The notes: a model not told the origin generated them from the letters alone. Positions 1 to 9,785 are shown, counted from the first letter of the stretch. The stretch is DNA of 64,000 bases from Bradyrhizobiaceae bacterium (GCA_024103135.1 JAGFIZ010000036.1:9684-73683), one strand, 5' to 3'. Numbers and translations are program-made.

Positions 1-2
1 CG

Positions 3-740
3 GCCCTGGTCGATGAAAAGACCATTGCCGTGACCTATGACTTCAAGCGTGGGGAGGGTAGGGCAAAGTGGACAAGGGACGATACCGCAGCAAAGAAGGC
101 CGCAGCTGGATCGGCTTACAAACGTCCCGATAACAACGGTGATTGTGTTGACTGTTTCCAGTGCGTTACGGTTTGTCCAACAGGCATCGACATTCGTAAT
201 GGCATACAGATGGACTGTGTGAATTGCACAGCCTGTATTGATGCTTGTGACGAAGTGATGGACAAGGTTGGTCTACCTCGTGGGCTTATCAGGTACACAA
301 GTCAAGCTGCCGTCGAGAAAGGGTCCACAAGCTGGTTTACGCCACGAATTGCTGCCTACATGTCGGTCTGGGCAGTGTTAGTGATTGCGGTTGCTGCCAT
401 GTTCTTCATGCGCAGCACTGTCGAAGTCAACATCCTGCGTCAAGAGGGTACTACGTGGGTAACCACCACACAGGGACTGGGCAACGTCTACCGCATGGAA
501 ATTGTCAACAAGTCATCTGATCCATTGAACTACACCATTAGAGTGTCAGAGCCACAGGCTGCCAAGATCATTCCGCTAGGAATGCCGGGTAACGTCGCTG
601 CTCAATCTGCGATTAAGGGTCGGTTCATCGTGAGTATGCCAAAGTCGAGTATTACCAGTTCATCAATGAAGTTGACAATACACGTGGAAGGCAACGGTAA
701 GCACTTGCGTGATATTCATACATCGTTCTTGTCGCCCTAA
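3..740 (+). CDS. ccoG: CcoG/FixG-family 4Fe-4S ferredoxin (cbb3 oxidase maturation); 5' end lies off-window
   Basis: The frame is open from the window edge. Cys clusters CVDCFQCVTVCPTGIDIRNG and CVNCTACIDACDEVM are followed by GLIRYTS and a TM segment, as in the C-terminal half of CcoG. Confidence 0.85.
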   Translation, partial: ALVDEKTIAVTYDFKRGEGRAKWTRDDTAAKKAAAGSAYKRPDNNGDCVDCFQCVTVCPTGIDIRNGIQMDCVNCTACIDACDEVMDKVGLPRGLIRYTSQAAVEKGSTSWFTPRIAAYMSVWAVLVIAVAAMFFMRSTVEVNILRQEGTTWVTTTQGLGNVYRMEIVNKSSDPLNYTIRVSEPQAAKIIPLGMPGNVAAQSAIKGRFIVSMPKSSITSSSMKLTIHVEGNGKHLRDIHTSFLSP

Positions 741-741
741 C

Positions 742-1212
742 ATGTCCAACACCACACCATCAAAGCGATCACACTGGGGTAAGGGCATTGCAGCCGTGTA
801 CATTCTGTTCGTACTTGGAATTTTATCGTTTGTGGGGTTTGCACTTACACAAAGCGTCGACCTTGTTCGTTCAGACTACTATGAGGCATCACTTTCGTAT
901 AGCAAGAGTGCAGAAGCCCGTCAGCGAGCCACTGCGCTCAAGATGGACGACAGTGTTCGGGTCGGTAACGATGGAGGATTGGTAGTTGCCATGCCGCAAG
1001 CAGCCTATACGGATGCAACGATATTCTGCTATCGAGCAGACTCTCCGTCAATGGATGTGCATAAACAACTATCGGCCGATTCCTGGTTACACGAGTTTCC
1101 GCCTTCGATGCTTGCTGCTGGTAAGTGGCGGGTGGTACTACAGTGGAAGCATGACGGTACTCCTTATGAGTTTGAGAAAGTCATCATGATATGGAATACG
1201 TCGCAGGGTTGA
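742..1212 (+). CDS. FixH-family membrane protein
   Basis: The ATG lies 2 nt after the ccoG stop. An N-terminal TM (GIAAVYILFVLGILSFVGFAL) is followed by LVRSDYY, typical of FixH, and the gene sits directly after ccoG. Confidence 0.7.
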   Translation: MSNTTPSKRSHWGKGIAAVYILFVLGILSFVGFALTQSVDLVRSDYYEASLSYSKSAEARQRATALKMDDSVRVGNDGGLVVAMPQAAYTDATIFCYRADSPSMDVHKQLSADSWLHEFPPSMLAAGKWRVVLQWKHDGTPYEFEKVIMIWNTSQG

Positions 1213-1898
1213 TGTTAGGGCTGGCAGGGGGCTTGCATTGCGCAGGCATGTGCGGACCCATTGCGGCAACGGTGGGTAGGAGCAATGCATACCTTGTAGG
1301 GCGCGTATTGACGTACGCCGTTCTCGGTGCAGCAATTGGCTTCGGATCCAGCGTGATAGCACTCGGTGTATACTCACGGACTGTGAGCATCATTGGCGGC
1401 GTTCTCATGATTGTCTTTGCAACCATGCAAATCGTCTGGCATTGGAATCCATTTCCGCAACAACACGTGCTTCAACTAACGAAACCTATTCGTGAGCGAC
1501 TACAAGGACTATTGCAACGGCGGTCAGCAGTTGCTCTCCTTGGTATTGGCGCACTGAACGGACTTCTTCCATGTGGTCTTGTTGCCAGTGCATTGTTCGG
1601 AGCTGCGGCCACCACATCTACGCTGGGTGGCGCACTGTTCATGTTGCTCTTTGGTATCGGGACCTTACCAGTCATGGCCACCATTGCCTATGGCGGCACC
1701 TGGCTCAAGCAACGGCTTCACACCCGATATCGGATGGTTGTGCCCGTTGTTGCCCTTCTGATTGGTGCTGCTACGGTGGTCCGCGGCATGGGCCTCGGCA
1801 TTCCTTTACTCTCTCCAAAGCCCCTTACCATCCTTCAGGAGAATGGATGTTGTGGAGGTGGACATCTATCACATGCACATCCCAGTCAGGCGAGGTAA
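1191..1898 (+). CDS. DsbD_2 / TauE-SafE-like polytopic membrane protein of cbb3 clusters
   Basis: It has an LHCAGMCGPI motif near the N-terminus and about 6 hydrophobic segments. It overlaps the fixH end by 22 nt. Confidence 0.7.
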   Translation: MEYVAGLMLGLAGGLHCAGMCGPIAATVGRSNAYLVGRVLTYAVLGAAIGFGSSVIALGVYSRTVSIIGGVLMIVFATMQIVWHWNPFPQQHVLQLTKPIRERLQGLLQRRSAVALLGIGALNGLLPCGLVASALFGAAATTSTLGGALFMLLFGIGTLPVMATIAYGGTWLKQRLHTRYRMVVPVVALLIGAATVVRGMGLGIPLLSPKPLTILQENGCCGGGHLSHAHPSQAR

Positions 1899-1903
1899 TT
1901 TTG
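1896..1903 (+). promoter_or_regulatory. Bacteroidota-type -7 promoter box TAATTTTG
   Basis: It matches TAnnTTTG exactly, lies 33 nt upstream of the cytochrome c ATG, and overlaps the stop codon of the previous gene. Confidence 0.35.
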
Positions 1904-1936
1904 TCACTGGTCATTTTTCATCATTTAAGGATTCGT

Positions 1937-2350
1937 ATGAAACGCATCGCATTGGCGATAGTAGTTGGCGTACTGTCGATAGCAGTAGCCGCTCCTGCAT
2001 TTGCGCAGGATGTTAAGAATGGCAAGAAGGTCTATGAAGAGTATTGCAAGACCTGCCACCAGGCAAATGGACAGGGTATGCCCAAGATCTACCCACCAGT
2101 TGCCAAGAGTGACTACATCAAGAGCCAGTCAGTCGAAATCTTGATTCGTGAAGTTGTGTTTGGTAAGAGTGGCAAGGTCAAGGTAAATGGACAGGAGTAC
2201 AATGGTGTGATGGCTCCACTTCCATCAAAGTACAAGGACAAAGACGTAGCTGACGTACTTACCTATGTTTTCACGAATTTTGGAAACAGTAAGGGCAAGG
2301 TAACGCCACAGCAGGTGGCTGCCGCCAAGAAAAAAGGTAAAGTCAAGTAA
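1937..2350 (+). CDS. Class I c-type cytochrome, secreted
   Basis: Signal peptide MKRIALAIVVGVLSIAVAAPAFAQD and a single CKTCH haem site are present, with a distal Met candidate in NGVMAPL. The ORF-track start at 1571 is rejected because it overlaps the previous gene. Confidence 0.85.
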   Translation: MKRIALAIVVGVLSIAVAAPAFAQDVKNGKKVYEEYCKTCHQANGQGMPKIYPPVAKSDYIKSQSVEILIREVVFGKSGKVKVNGQEYNGVMAPLPSKYKDKDVADVLTYVFTNFGNSKGKVTPQQVAAAKKKGKVK

Positions 2351-2353
2351 GAC

Positions 2354-3310
2354 ATGACAAACAACACACGCGTCGAACTCCTGAAGTATATGATTATGGC
2401 TCGGGAGTTCGACGCTTCCATGTTACGCCTCTATCGTCAAGGCAAGGCCTTCGGCGGTGTGTATTCACAGCTTGGTAACGAGGCAGTAAGCGTTGGGAGT
2501 GCCATGGCACTGGATCCAACTCAAGACGTGCTCTTTCCGATGCATCGCAATGTTGGCGCTCACTTTGTGTTTGGTGCCACCATCGACCAAATGATGCAGA
2601 ACCAATTGGCCCGAGAGGGTAGTCAGATGCGTGGTACGGACGGGACGGGTCATTATGCGGACCCACGCCTACGCATCTATGGCAACGTGAGTCACCTGGG
2701 AGCCATGATCCCCGTTGCCAATGGCTTTGTACTGGCTGGCAAGCTTCGCGGTGAGAACACCGTTGCACTTACCTACATTGGGGATGGTGGAGCGCAAGTG
2801 GGAGAAGTTCACGAAGCTTTGAACTTTGCTGCTGTTCACAAGTTGCCGTTGGTGTTGATCATCGAGAACAATCAATATGCCTACTCAACACCGAACAGTC
2901 AGGAGTTTGCCGTAGATCAGTTGAGCAAGCGCGCAATTGGTTACGGTATCCATGGCGAAACGATCGACGGCACCGATGTCGAGTTGGTTCTCAAAACATG
3001 CCAGGCTGCCGTAGCGCGAGCAAGGCGCGGAGAAGGACCAAGCATTATCGAGACGCAGACGATGCGTATGAGGGGGCATGCAGAGCATGATGATTTCTCA
3101 TATGTCCCTAAGGAACTTCTGGACGAGTGGGCACTCCGCGATCCAGTGAATACCTACAGTGCCAAGCTCATTGCCGACGGCGTCATCTCAAGCGAGGAAG
3201 TAAAACAACTGCGTGATACCACGCTGGACCAGATGATTGCCTCAATTGATCGTACGCTTGAATTGCCTTGGCCCGACGCTTCGGAAGGCTTCAAGCAGGT
3301 CTTCCTTTGA
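2354..3310 (+). CDS. TPP-dependent 2-oxoacid dehydrogenase E1 component, alpha subunit
   Basis: The TPP-binding motif GDGGAQVGEVHEALNFAAVHKLPLVLIIENNQYA is present and the size is 318 aa. Confidence 0.9.
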   Translation: MTNNTRVELLKYMIMAREFDASMLRLYRQGKAFGGVYSQLGNEAVSVGSAMALDPTQDVLFPMHRNVGAHFVFGATIDQMMQNQLAREGSQMRGTDGTGHYADPRLRIYGNVSHLGAMIPVANGFVLAGKLRGENTVALTYIGDGGAQVGEVHEALNFAAVHKLPLVLIIENNQYAYSTPNSQEFAVDQLSKRAIGYGIHGETIDGTDVELVLKTCQAAVARARRGEGPSIIETQTMRMRGHAEHDDFSYVPKELLDEWALRDPVNTYSAKLIADGVISSEEVKQLRDTTLDQMIASIDRTLELPWPDASEGFKQVFL

Positions 3311-3370
3311 GAAGTCCTCATATCCACCAACTAAACATCACATACCTACTCCAAACGAGTTAAGATCTCC

Positions 3371-4339
3371 ATGACAACGTACCTCGACGCCATTGCCGAC
3401 GCCATTCGCATTGAAATGCGAAAGGATCAGAGTGTGTTTATGATTGGTGAGGACATCGGTGTGTATGGTGGTGCCTTCAAGCTAACCAAGGGCTTCCTGG
3501 CAGAGTTTGGTCCACAACGCATCATTGATGCACCCATTAGTGAAGCCGCAATCATGGGTGCAGGCATTGGTGCTGCTCTCAATGGAATGCGTCCGATCGT
3601 CGAGATGCAATTCATGGACTTCATCACCAATGGATTCAATCAACTCGTAACCGTAGCTGCAACCACTGCCTATCGTTGGGGAATACCTGTTCCTATGGTC
3701 GTGCGGGGACCATCCGGAGGTGGTGTTGGAGCAAATCCCTTTCACTCTCGGAACAGTGAGGCATGGTTTGCCCACGCAACAGGTCTGAAGGTTGTATGTC
3801 CTGCAACAGCGGCTGATGCTAAGGGGCTGATGACGGCTTCGATCCGTGACCAGAATCCCGTGGTATTCTTTGAACACAAGGGACTCTATCGCAAGATCAA
3901 GGACGAAGTACCAGAAGGTGAGTACGTGGTGCCACTTGGTCAAGCCAAGGTTGTTCGTGAAGGTACCGACGTGTCGGTGATCACCTATGGCAGTGCCGTT
4001 CACATGGCTCTTGAAGCAGCAACCATGCTCGAAGCAGACGGTGCGTCGGTTGAGGTCGTCGATATCAGAACCTTGGTACCGTTGGACGAAGAGACCATCC
4101 TACAGTCCGTGCGTAAGACCGGTCGTGCCGTTGTCGCACATGAAGCAGTGCTCACCGCAGGTTTTGCTGGAGAAATTGCCTCCCGTATTGCCGACTCTGC
4201 ATTTACCTTCCTTGACGCTCCGGTAAAGCGCGTTGCTGCGTATGATTCACCAACGCCGTTTGCTCCCACGCTCGAGAAGGCAGTATTGCCAAATGCCGAA
4301 AAGATCGCCGAAGCGTTGCGCTCAGTCCTGGCATTTTGA
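3371..4339 (+). CDS. 2-oxoacid dehydrogenase E1 component, beta subunit
   Basis: Transketolase-like pyrimidine-binding and C-terminal domains are recognisable (GEDIGVYGGAFKLTKGF, IDAPISEAAIMGAGIGAA). It is adjacent to E1 alpha. Confidence 0.9.
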   Translation: MTTYLDAIADAIRIEMRKDQSVFMIGEDIGVYGGAFKLTKGFLAEFGPQRIIDAPISEAAIMGAGIGAALNGMRPIVEMQFMDFITNGFNQLVTVAATTAYRWGIPVPMVVRGPSGGGVGANPFHSRNSEAWFAHATGLKVVCPATAADAKGLMTASIRDQNPVVFFEHKGLYRKIKDEVPEGEYVVPLGQAKVVREGTDVSVITYGSAVHMALEAATMLEADGASVEVVDIRTLVPLDEETILQSVRKTGRAVVAHEAVLTAGFAGEIASRIADSAFTFLDAPVKRVAAYDSPTPFAPTLEKAVLPNAEKIAEALRSVLAF

Positions 4340-4418
4340 TTTGACTCCTGGCCGTCGGCCATCAGCACTGTGCAAAACGATTTGCATCCGAACTACGGTC
4401 TCATGAACTGAGAGTCCG

Positions 4419-4426
4419 TATTTTTG
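4419..4426 (+). promoter_or_regulatory. -7 promoter box TATTTTTG
   Basis: It matches TAnnTTTG exactly, 27 nt upstream of the ATG at 4454. This argues against the TTG start at 4424 given in the ORF track. Confidence 0.4.
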
Positions 4427-4453
4427 TGCTTCATTTACAGAGTACCACTACCC

Positions 4454-4747
4454 ATGCCCAGAATTCTCTTCCGCGTTTCGTATGCCATTCCTGATGGAAA
4501 ACGTTCGGAATATCTCAGTCACATCGCCAAACTCCGGACATTCTACCAGGCCACAGGAGTCGAGTATTCTGTGTTTGAAGACCAAGGAAAGCACAACCAC
4601 TTCCAGGAAGTGTACGTGTACCCATCAGTCGAAGCGTATGAAGCATCCGACGATCCGGAGAACACCAAGGACGTTGCTGACGTGCTAGATGCCGTTTACG
4701 CCATGGCGTCAAACATCGCCTACCATGTGGCAAAAGAACTTGCATAG
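4454..4747 (+). CDS. Small hypothetical protein (97 aa)
   Basis: The ORF has a plausible promoter box. There is no signal peptide and no motif I recognise. Confidence 0.55.
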   Translation: MPRILFRVSYAIPDGKRSEYLSHIAKLRTFYQATGVEYSVFEDQGKHNHFQEVYVYPSVEAYEASDDPENTKDVADVLDAVYAMASNIAYHVAKELA

Positions 4748-4767
4748 GTGCATGTTGCCCGAATGCC

Positions 4768-6048
4768 ATGCTGGCGCAGTTTAGTTCCAAACCGCAGGCA
4801 TTCTTGCCAAATGATCGCAACGTAGTTGTCGAACACTGCGAGCGACTCTATAGCCTGGATTCAACGAAACCAGAGCCCCCTTCCGGGGTTGGGAATACCA
4901 TTCGCAAATGGGTGTTTGGTTTACTTGGTGGTAAAAGAGAAGAGGGGCGGGGACTCGATCGTGCTGCACGTGAAGGCAGACCACCCCGCATCTTGGTGTT
5001 TCGGTATGACGCCGTCGGCGATTACATCGTCACGTCGCCGTTTGTTCGACAAATCGTGGATCACATTCCAAACGTCGAGATCGATGTTGTAGGGTCCACC
5101 AGAAACGCCGGCCTCCTTCGCTCGGATCCATTTGTGAACGAGGTCGTGTCCATTCATCCTGCTCATCCGCCACACGTCAGTTGGAAGAATGTGTGGAATC
5201 ATGCGAGAAAGCGTAGGCCGGACGTCGTTGCAGCACTAGTGTTTACCAAGATGACGAAGGCAGCGATACTCACGGCCTTTGCCGGTAGGCAAGCGATGAG
5301 CGTGACCATCGAACACAGCAAGCGAAGGGATATCTACGGCAAGGTCTTCGACCTGCAGGTCCCGCATCGTGTGGCTGCCGAACACTACATGGAGACAATG
5401 TCCAGCGCTGCCGATGCATTGTTAGGTGTCCGCCAATCCAAACCGCAACCGTACATCGTGCTCGACCAACCAACCTGTGAACGTGTAAGCTCGCGTCTTG
5501 TACACTACGATGCAGGGTTCCAACTGCCTTCTGTTCAAGGTGTTGTTGCAGCGAAAGGACAGGTGTTGTTCACCGACGCATCACCTGGTCGACGCTACGT
5601 CGTGGTGAACGTAAGTGCCTTCTCGCCGAACCGACAGTGGAACGTGGCCATTGCTTGTGAGGTGGCAAGCAGGATTGCATCGGCATGTCCGGATGTCGTG
5701 TGCTTTGTGACGGGCGGACCCGACGCCTATCAGCGAATCAAGATCGGTGTTGATGGGCTAGGGCATGACCGTGTTGTCCAATGGACGGGAAACCTGAAGG
5801 AGTTTATGGCCTTGATTGCAGGTGCGGCCTTGATCGTAACTCCCGATACAGCGGCGGTTCACATTGCTGCAGCAGCTGGCCGACCAGTGGTAGCATTGTT
5901 TGCCGAGCTTATCAAGGTGGCCGAGTGGTTCCCGTACGGAACTGAGTATAGAGCACTACTCAGTCCAAACCCGAACACCATTGATGACTTGCCGGTGGAT
6001 TTCGTTGTCACCCATGCCTGTGACCTTCTACAATCATCAAGCATGTAA
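4768..6048 (+). CDS. Glycosyltransferase family 9 (heptosyltransferase-like) with N-terminal extension of about 70 aa
   Basis: The GT9 N-terminal signature RILVFRYDAVGDYIVTSPF and the C-terminal TPDTAAVHIAAAAGRPVVALF are present. Confidence 0.8.
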   Translation: MLAQFSSKPQAFLPNDRNVVVEHCERLYSLDSTKPEPPSGVGNTIRKWVFGLLGGKREEGRGLDRAAREGRPPRILVFRYDAVGDYIVTSPFVRQIVDHIPNVEIDVVGSTRNAGLLRSDPFVNEVVSIHPAHPPHVSWKNVWNHARKRRPDVVAALVFTKMTKAAILTAFAGRQAMSVTIEHSKRRDIYGKVFDLQVPHRVAAEHYMETMSSAADALLGVRQSKPQPYIVLDQPTCERVSSRLVHYDAGFQLPSVQGVVAAKGQVLFTDASPGRRYVVVNVSAFSPNRQWNVAIACEVASRIASACPDVVCFVTGGPDAYQRIKIGVDGLGHDRVVQWTGNLKEFMALIAGAALIVTPDTAAVHIAAAAGRPVVALFAELIKVAEWFPYGTEYRALLSPNPNTIDDLPVDFVVTHACDLLQSSSM

Positions 6049-7154
6049 TGATCAAGCACATTGAGATATGGCTTCGGACACTGATACGTGCTGTGCTTGT
6101 GGGATGGCGCAAACCACAATACGTCGACGTACCTGCTCAGTCAGGACAGTACCTTACTCAAGCACAGTCGATTCTATTGTTGCGCCAGGACAGGATAGGG
6201 GATGTGCTTATCAGTACACCCCTGGTGAAAGCTCTCCGTGATCAGTTTCCGCAGGCCCGAATTGACATTCTCCTTGGAAGCAACAACGAAGGTGTGAAGC
6301 AGGCGGTAGCACCCATGGTGAATCAGGTTCTGGTGTACCGGAAATCAGCAAGCAGCTTGATTTCTGTTCTCGCTGCAATTCGCAAGGTCAGGTACGACGT
6401 GATCGTCGACTTGATGGACAACCCTTCCACAACATCAAGCATCATCGTTCGGTGGAGCAAGGCCACAGCACGGTTGGGAGTCGACAAGACTAATGCCGCC
6501 GTCTACACGCATGTGGTGCCGATGTTGGATCGTAGTTCCACGCCCATTGCACGGCGAATTGCGCAATTGTTGATGCCGTTTGGTATCGATCCTGAAGGAG
6601 TATCACTCAAGCCCATTTACTCAATGGCAGATGCAGAGTTGGATGCTGCACGAGTTCGTCTTGGCATGAATCAGTCAGCCACGTCGTTTCACCTTGGAGT
6701 AGTAGCGAGCGGTAGCGGGAGTGGTCGATCTTACCCACCGGAAGCAACCGCACGCATACTGAATACCCTAACTGAGCAGTATCCAGCGGTAAAGGTCCAC
6801 CTGTTTAGCGATGGAAAGCATAGACAGTGGACACAAACCGTTTCTGAATTAACATCAGCAATACCAGTACAGCCATCTGCCGACTTTCACTCAGCAGTTG
6901 TGGCAATGAGCTGTATGCAGGCATTGTGGACACCCGACACGAGCATTGTTCACGTTGCGGCTGCTCGGTCAACGCCCGTTTGCGTAATGTACGTCCATTC
7001 AAATCCGGCGTTGTTACCATGGTATCCAATAGGCGCACACTATGAGGCATTAACAACGTCGACAAACGATATTGCTAACATCCCCGAAGCCGACATACTA
7101 GCGGCAATGCAGCGGCTGTTTGCATATTGCAATATTCACACTGGAGAGTCATGA
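6048..7154 (+). CDS. Glycosyltransferase family 9 (heptosyltransferase-like)
   Basis: ILLLRQDRIGDVLISTPLVKAL and TPDTSIVHVAAARSTPVCVMY are present. The start overlaps the previous stop (TAATG). Confidence 0.8.
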   Translation: MIKHIEIWLRTLIRAVLVGWRKPQYVDVPAQSGQYLTQAQSILLLRQDRIGDVLISTPLVKALRDQFPQARIDILLGSNNEGVKQAVAPMVNQVLVYRKSASSLISVLAAIRKVRYDVIVDLMDNPSTTSSIIVRWSKATARLGVDKTNAAVYTHVVPMLDRSSTPIARRIAQLLMPFGIDPEGVSLKPIYSMADAELDAARVRLGMNQSATSFHLGVVASGSGSGRSYPPEATARILNTLTEQYPAVKVHLFSDGKHRQWTQTVSELTSAIPVQPSADFHSAVVAMSCMQALWTPDTSIVHVAAARSTPVCVMYVHSNPALLPWYPIGAHYEALTTSTNDIANIPEADILAAMQRLFAYCNIHTGES

Positions 7155-8917
7155 ACTTTAGAAAGCGTACCGCACACTGCGGTGAGTTGCGTCCATCAGA
7201 TGCTGGCAGGACCGTCGTCCTCAATGGCTGGGTTAACGCTCGCCGAGATTATGGGAGCATTGTGTTTATCGACCTTCGCGACCGCGAGGGTGTGACGCAG
7301 GTCGTGCTTGATGCTACTGACAATCCTGAGCTGGCAGCAAACCTCAAGGATGTGCGTTCCGAGTGGGTTCTTTGGGTGGAAGGCGCAGTAAGAATGCGTG
7401 AGAATCCAAATCCGAAGATTCCGACAGGGCTTGTCGAGATCGTTGTTCGTGATGCCGGTGTTATCAATCGTAGTGAGGTGCCGCCGTTCGAGATTGTCGA
7501 CGATCTCCAGACAAACGAAGAGCTTCGCTTACAATATCGCTACCTTGATCTACGCCGACCAACCATCCAGCAGAAGTTGCTCATGCGTAGTCGACTTGCA
7601 TCCGTAACGCGTGAGTACTTTAGTGCTGAGGGCTTTGCCGAGGTCGAAACTCCCGTCCTCACACGCAGCACTCCAGAAGGAGCAAGAGACTACCTTGTGC
7701 CAAGCAGGGTGAACAAGGGAAGATTCTATGCCTTGCCTCAGAGTCCGCAACTCTTCAAGCAACTCCTCATGGTTAGTGGTTTCGACCGCTACATGCAGAT
7801 AGTGAAGGTGTTCCGCGACGAAGACCTCCGTGCAGACCGACAACCAGAGTTTACGCAGATCGATATCGAGATGAGCTTTGTCGAGCAGTCCGACATTATG
7901 GCCATGACCGAGCGGTATGTTCAACACGTTTGGAAACGCTTGCTTGATATTGACCTTGATCTTGGATTCAGGCAGGTCACCTTTGCCGATGCAATGAATA
8001 CCTATGGATCTGATAAGCCCGACCTAAGGTATGGCTTGCCGATTGTAGATGTAACTGACTATGCAGCGTCGAGTTCATTCGTCGTGTTTAAGTCGGCCGC
8101 CGATGCTGGACATGTCGTTAAGGCCTTACGTATTCCTGATGCGGCATCGTTTAGTAGAAAGCAGATCGACGAACTGACGGATCTTGCGAAAACACATGGT
8201 GCTGGAGGGCTTCCGTATCTGAAGCTTGTACAAGGCGAGGTTAGTGGATCGTTTAGCAAGAACCTTCCGCCTGACGAAGCCACAACGTTGCTGTCGGCAT
8301 GCTCTGCAGCTGATGGCGACCTTGTTCTTTTTGCCGTAGGTGAATGGGAACGAGCTTGTACCATTCTTGGAGCATTGCGTATTGAGGCCGCTCGGCGACT
8401 AGACCTTGTGTCCAAGACTACAACGCCGTACAGCATGCTCTGGATTACGGAGTTCCCGTTGCTTGAGCACGACCCTGAGGAGCAACGCTGGGTGGCTCGT
8501 CACCATCCGTTTACAAGTCCAATGACGGAGGACCTTCATCTACTCGAGTCGAATCCGGGTGCGATTCGTGCTCGTGCCTATGACCTTGTCATGAATGGTT
8601 ATGAGGCGGCAGGGGGCTCTGTACGTATTCACGATAGTACGGTGCAGCAACGTATGTTCGACTTGATCGGCATGTCGGTAGAAGAAGCTAACGCAAAGTT
8701 TGGCTTCCTGCTAAAGGCCCTCAAGTATGGTGCTCCACCACACGGTGGCATTGCCTTTGGCTTCGATCGTCTTGCTATGGTACTTGCGGGAACGAACAAC
8801 ATTCGCGACGTCATAGCGTTTCCTAAGACCACGTCAGGACTGTCGTTGATGGACGGCTGTCCGTCCGACGTTGATGATAAACAGCTCGCAGAACTGGGAA
8901 TCGCCCTACGGCAATAA
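7151..8917 (+). CDS. aspS: Aspartate--tRNA ligase
   Basis: Class II aaRS motifs are present (FRDEDLRADRQPEFTQIDIE, GGSVRIH, GIAFGFDRL) with an OB-fold N-terminus. The ATG overlaps the GT9 stop (ATGA). Confidence 0.95.
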   Translation: MNFRKRTAHCGELRPSDAGRTVVLNGWVNARRDYGSIVFIDLRDREGVTQVVLDATDNPELAANLKDVRSEWVLWVEGAVRMRENPNPKIPTGLVEIVVRDAGVINRSEVPPFEIVDDLQTNEELRLQYRYLDLRRPTIQQKLLMRSRLASVTREYFSAEGFAEVETPVLTRSTPEGARDYLVPSRVNKGRFYALPQSPQLFKQLLMVSGFDRYMQIVKVFRDEDLRADRQPEFTQIDIEMSFVEQSDIMAMTERYVQHVWKRLLDIDLDLGFRQVTFADAMNTYGSDKPDLRYGLPIVDVTDYAASSSFVVFKSAADAGHVVKALRIPDAASFSRKQIDELTDLAKTHGAGGLPYLKLVQGEVSGSFSKNLPPDEATTLLSACSAADGDLVLFAVGEWERACTILGALRIEAARRLDLVSKTTTPYSMLWITEFPLLEHDPEEQRWVARHHPFTSPMTEDLHLLESNPGAIRARAYDLVMNGYEAAGGSVRIHDSTVQQRMFDLIGMSVEEANAKFGFLLKALKYGAPPHGGIAFGFDRLAMVLAGTNNIRDVIAFPKTTSGLSLMDGCPSDVDDKQLAELGIALRQ

Positions 8918-8918
8918 C

Positions 8919-9785
8919 ATGAAGCGCAGAACATTCCTGTCCGTTGGCCTGCTTGGCACAGCAGCTAGTGCATCGTCGTTTGCACGGTGGTACTACCGTA
9001 CTTCGGACGAGACAAGCCACGTTGCGTCAACGAGATTTTCAAGAATCATGAATGCCTCGCAAATGGGGCAATGGGCCGCTCTTCCCATAGGCGAGCGCAT
9101 GATCCGTATTGCAAACCACTTTGTGGATGTGCCGTATGTGGGAGGAACGCTTGAAGGTGATCCCGAACAATGTAGGCTGGATTTTGAAGGTCTTGATTGC
9201 GTGACCTTCTTTGAGCTTACGCTAGGCATTGCCCGCATGATTGGCCATGGTGGTACAACGATTGAAGATCTTCGAAAAGAAGTCGAGTTCACCCGCTATC
9301 GCTCAGGCAAACTTGTCGGGTACGAGAGCAGACTTCACTATACGGCCGATTGGATTGCCGACAACGTTGTGAAGAAGGTCGTTGTTGACGTTACTCCGCA
9401 GTTAGACGGAAAACCGCTTCACCTGGCTGTGAATTTCATGAGTACACATCCTCAGTACTACAAGCCACTCCAAGAGCATCCAGAGCTTATTCCCGTGTTT
9501 GCCAAGATTGAGCAACACATCAACGCTCAGCAACACTTGTACATCCCAAAGGATGACGTGGCCAAGGTCGAGGATCAACTACAGTCTGGCGACATCGTGG
9601 CTATCGTAACCAACAAGGTTGGTCTGGACTACGCCCACACGGGATTGATTAACGTTGTTGATGGGCAGGCACGATTTATGCATGCCTCTTCGACGCAGAA
9701 GAAGGTCGTCCTTGATGCAACGATAAGCGAGTATCTCAAGAGGGTTTCATCCCACACAGGGGTGACGATTGTCCGCCCGATATAG
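8919..9785 (+). CDS. DUF1460 (AmiA-like amidase fold) protein with Tat-like signal
   Basis: MKRRTFLSVGLLGTAASASS has an RRxFL motif. VPYVGGTLEG...LDCVTFFELTLGIA matches the DUF1460 pattern as I recall it. Confidence 0.6.
   Translation: MKRRTFLSVGLLGTAASASSFARWYYRTSDETSHVASTRFSRIMNASQMGQWAALPIGERMIRIANHFVDVPYVGGTLEGDPEQCRLDFEGLDCVTFFELTLGIARMIGHGGTTIEDLRKEVEFTRYRSGKLVGYESRLHYTADWIADNVVKKVVVDVTPQLDGKPLHLAVNFMSTHPQYYKPLQEHPELIPVFAKIEQHINAQQHLYIPKDDVAKVEDQLQSGDIVAIVTNKVGLDYAHTGLINVVDGQARFMHASSTQKKVVLDATISEYLKRVSSHTGVTIVRPI

Noticed and set aside
1571-1936. An upstream extension of the cytochrome c ORF (track start 1571).
   Set aside because: It overlaps the DsbD_2-like gene in another frame. 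The internal ATG at 1937 gives a perfect signal peptide and is preceded by a -7 box.
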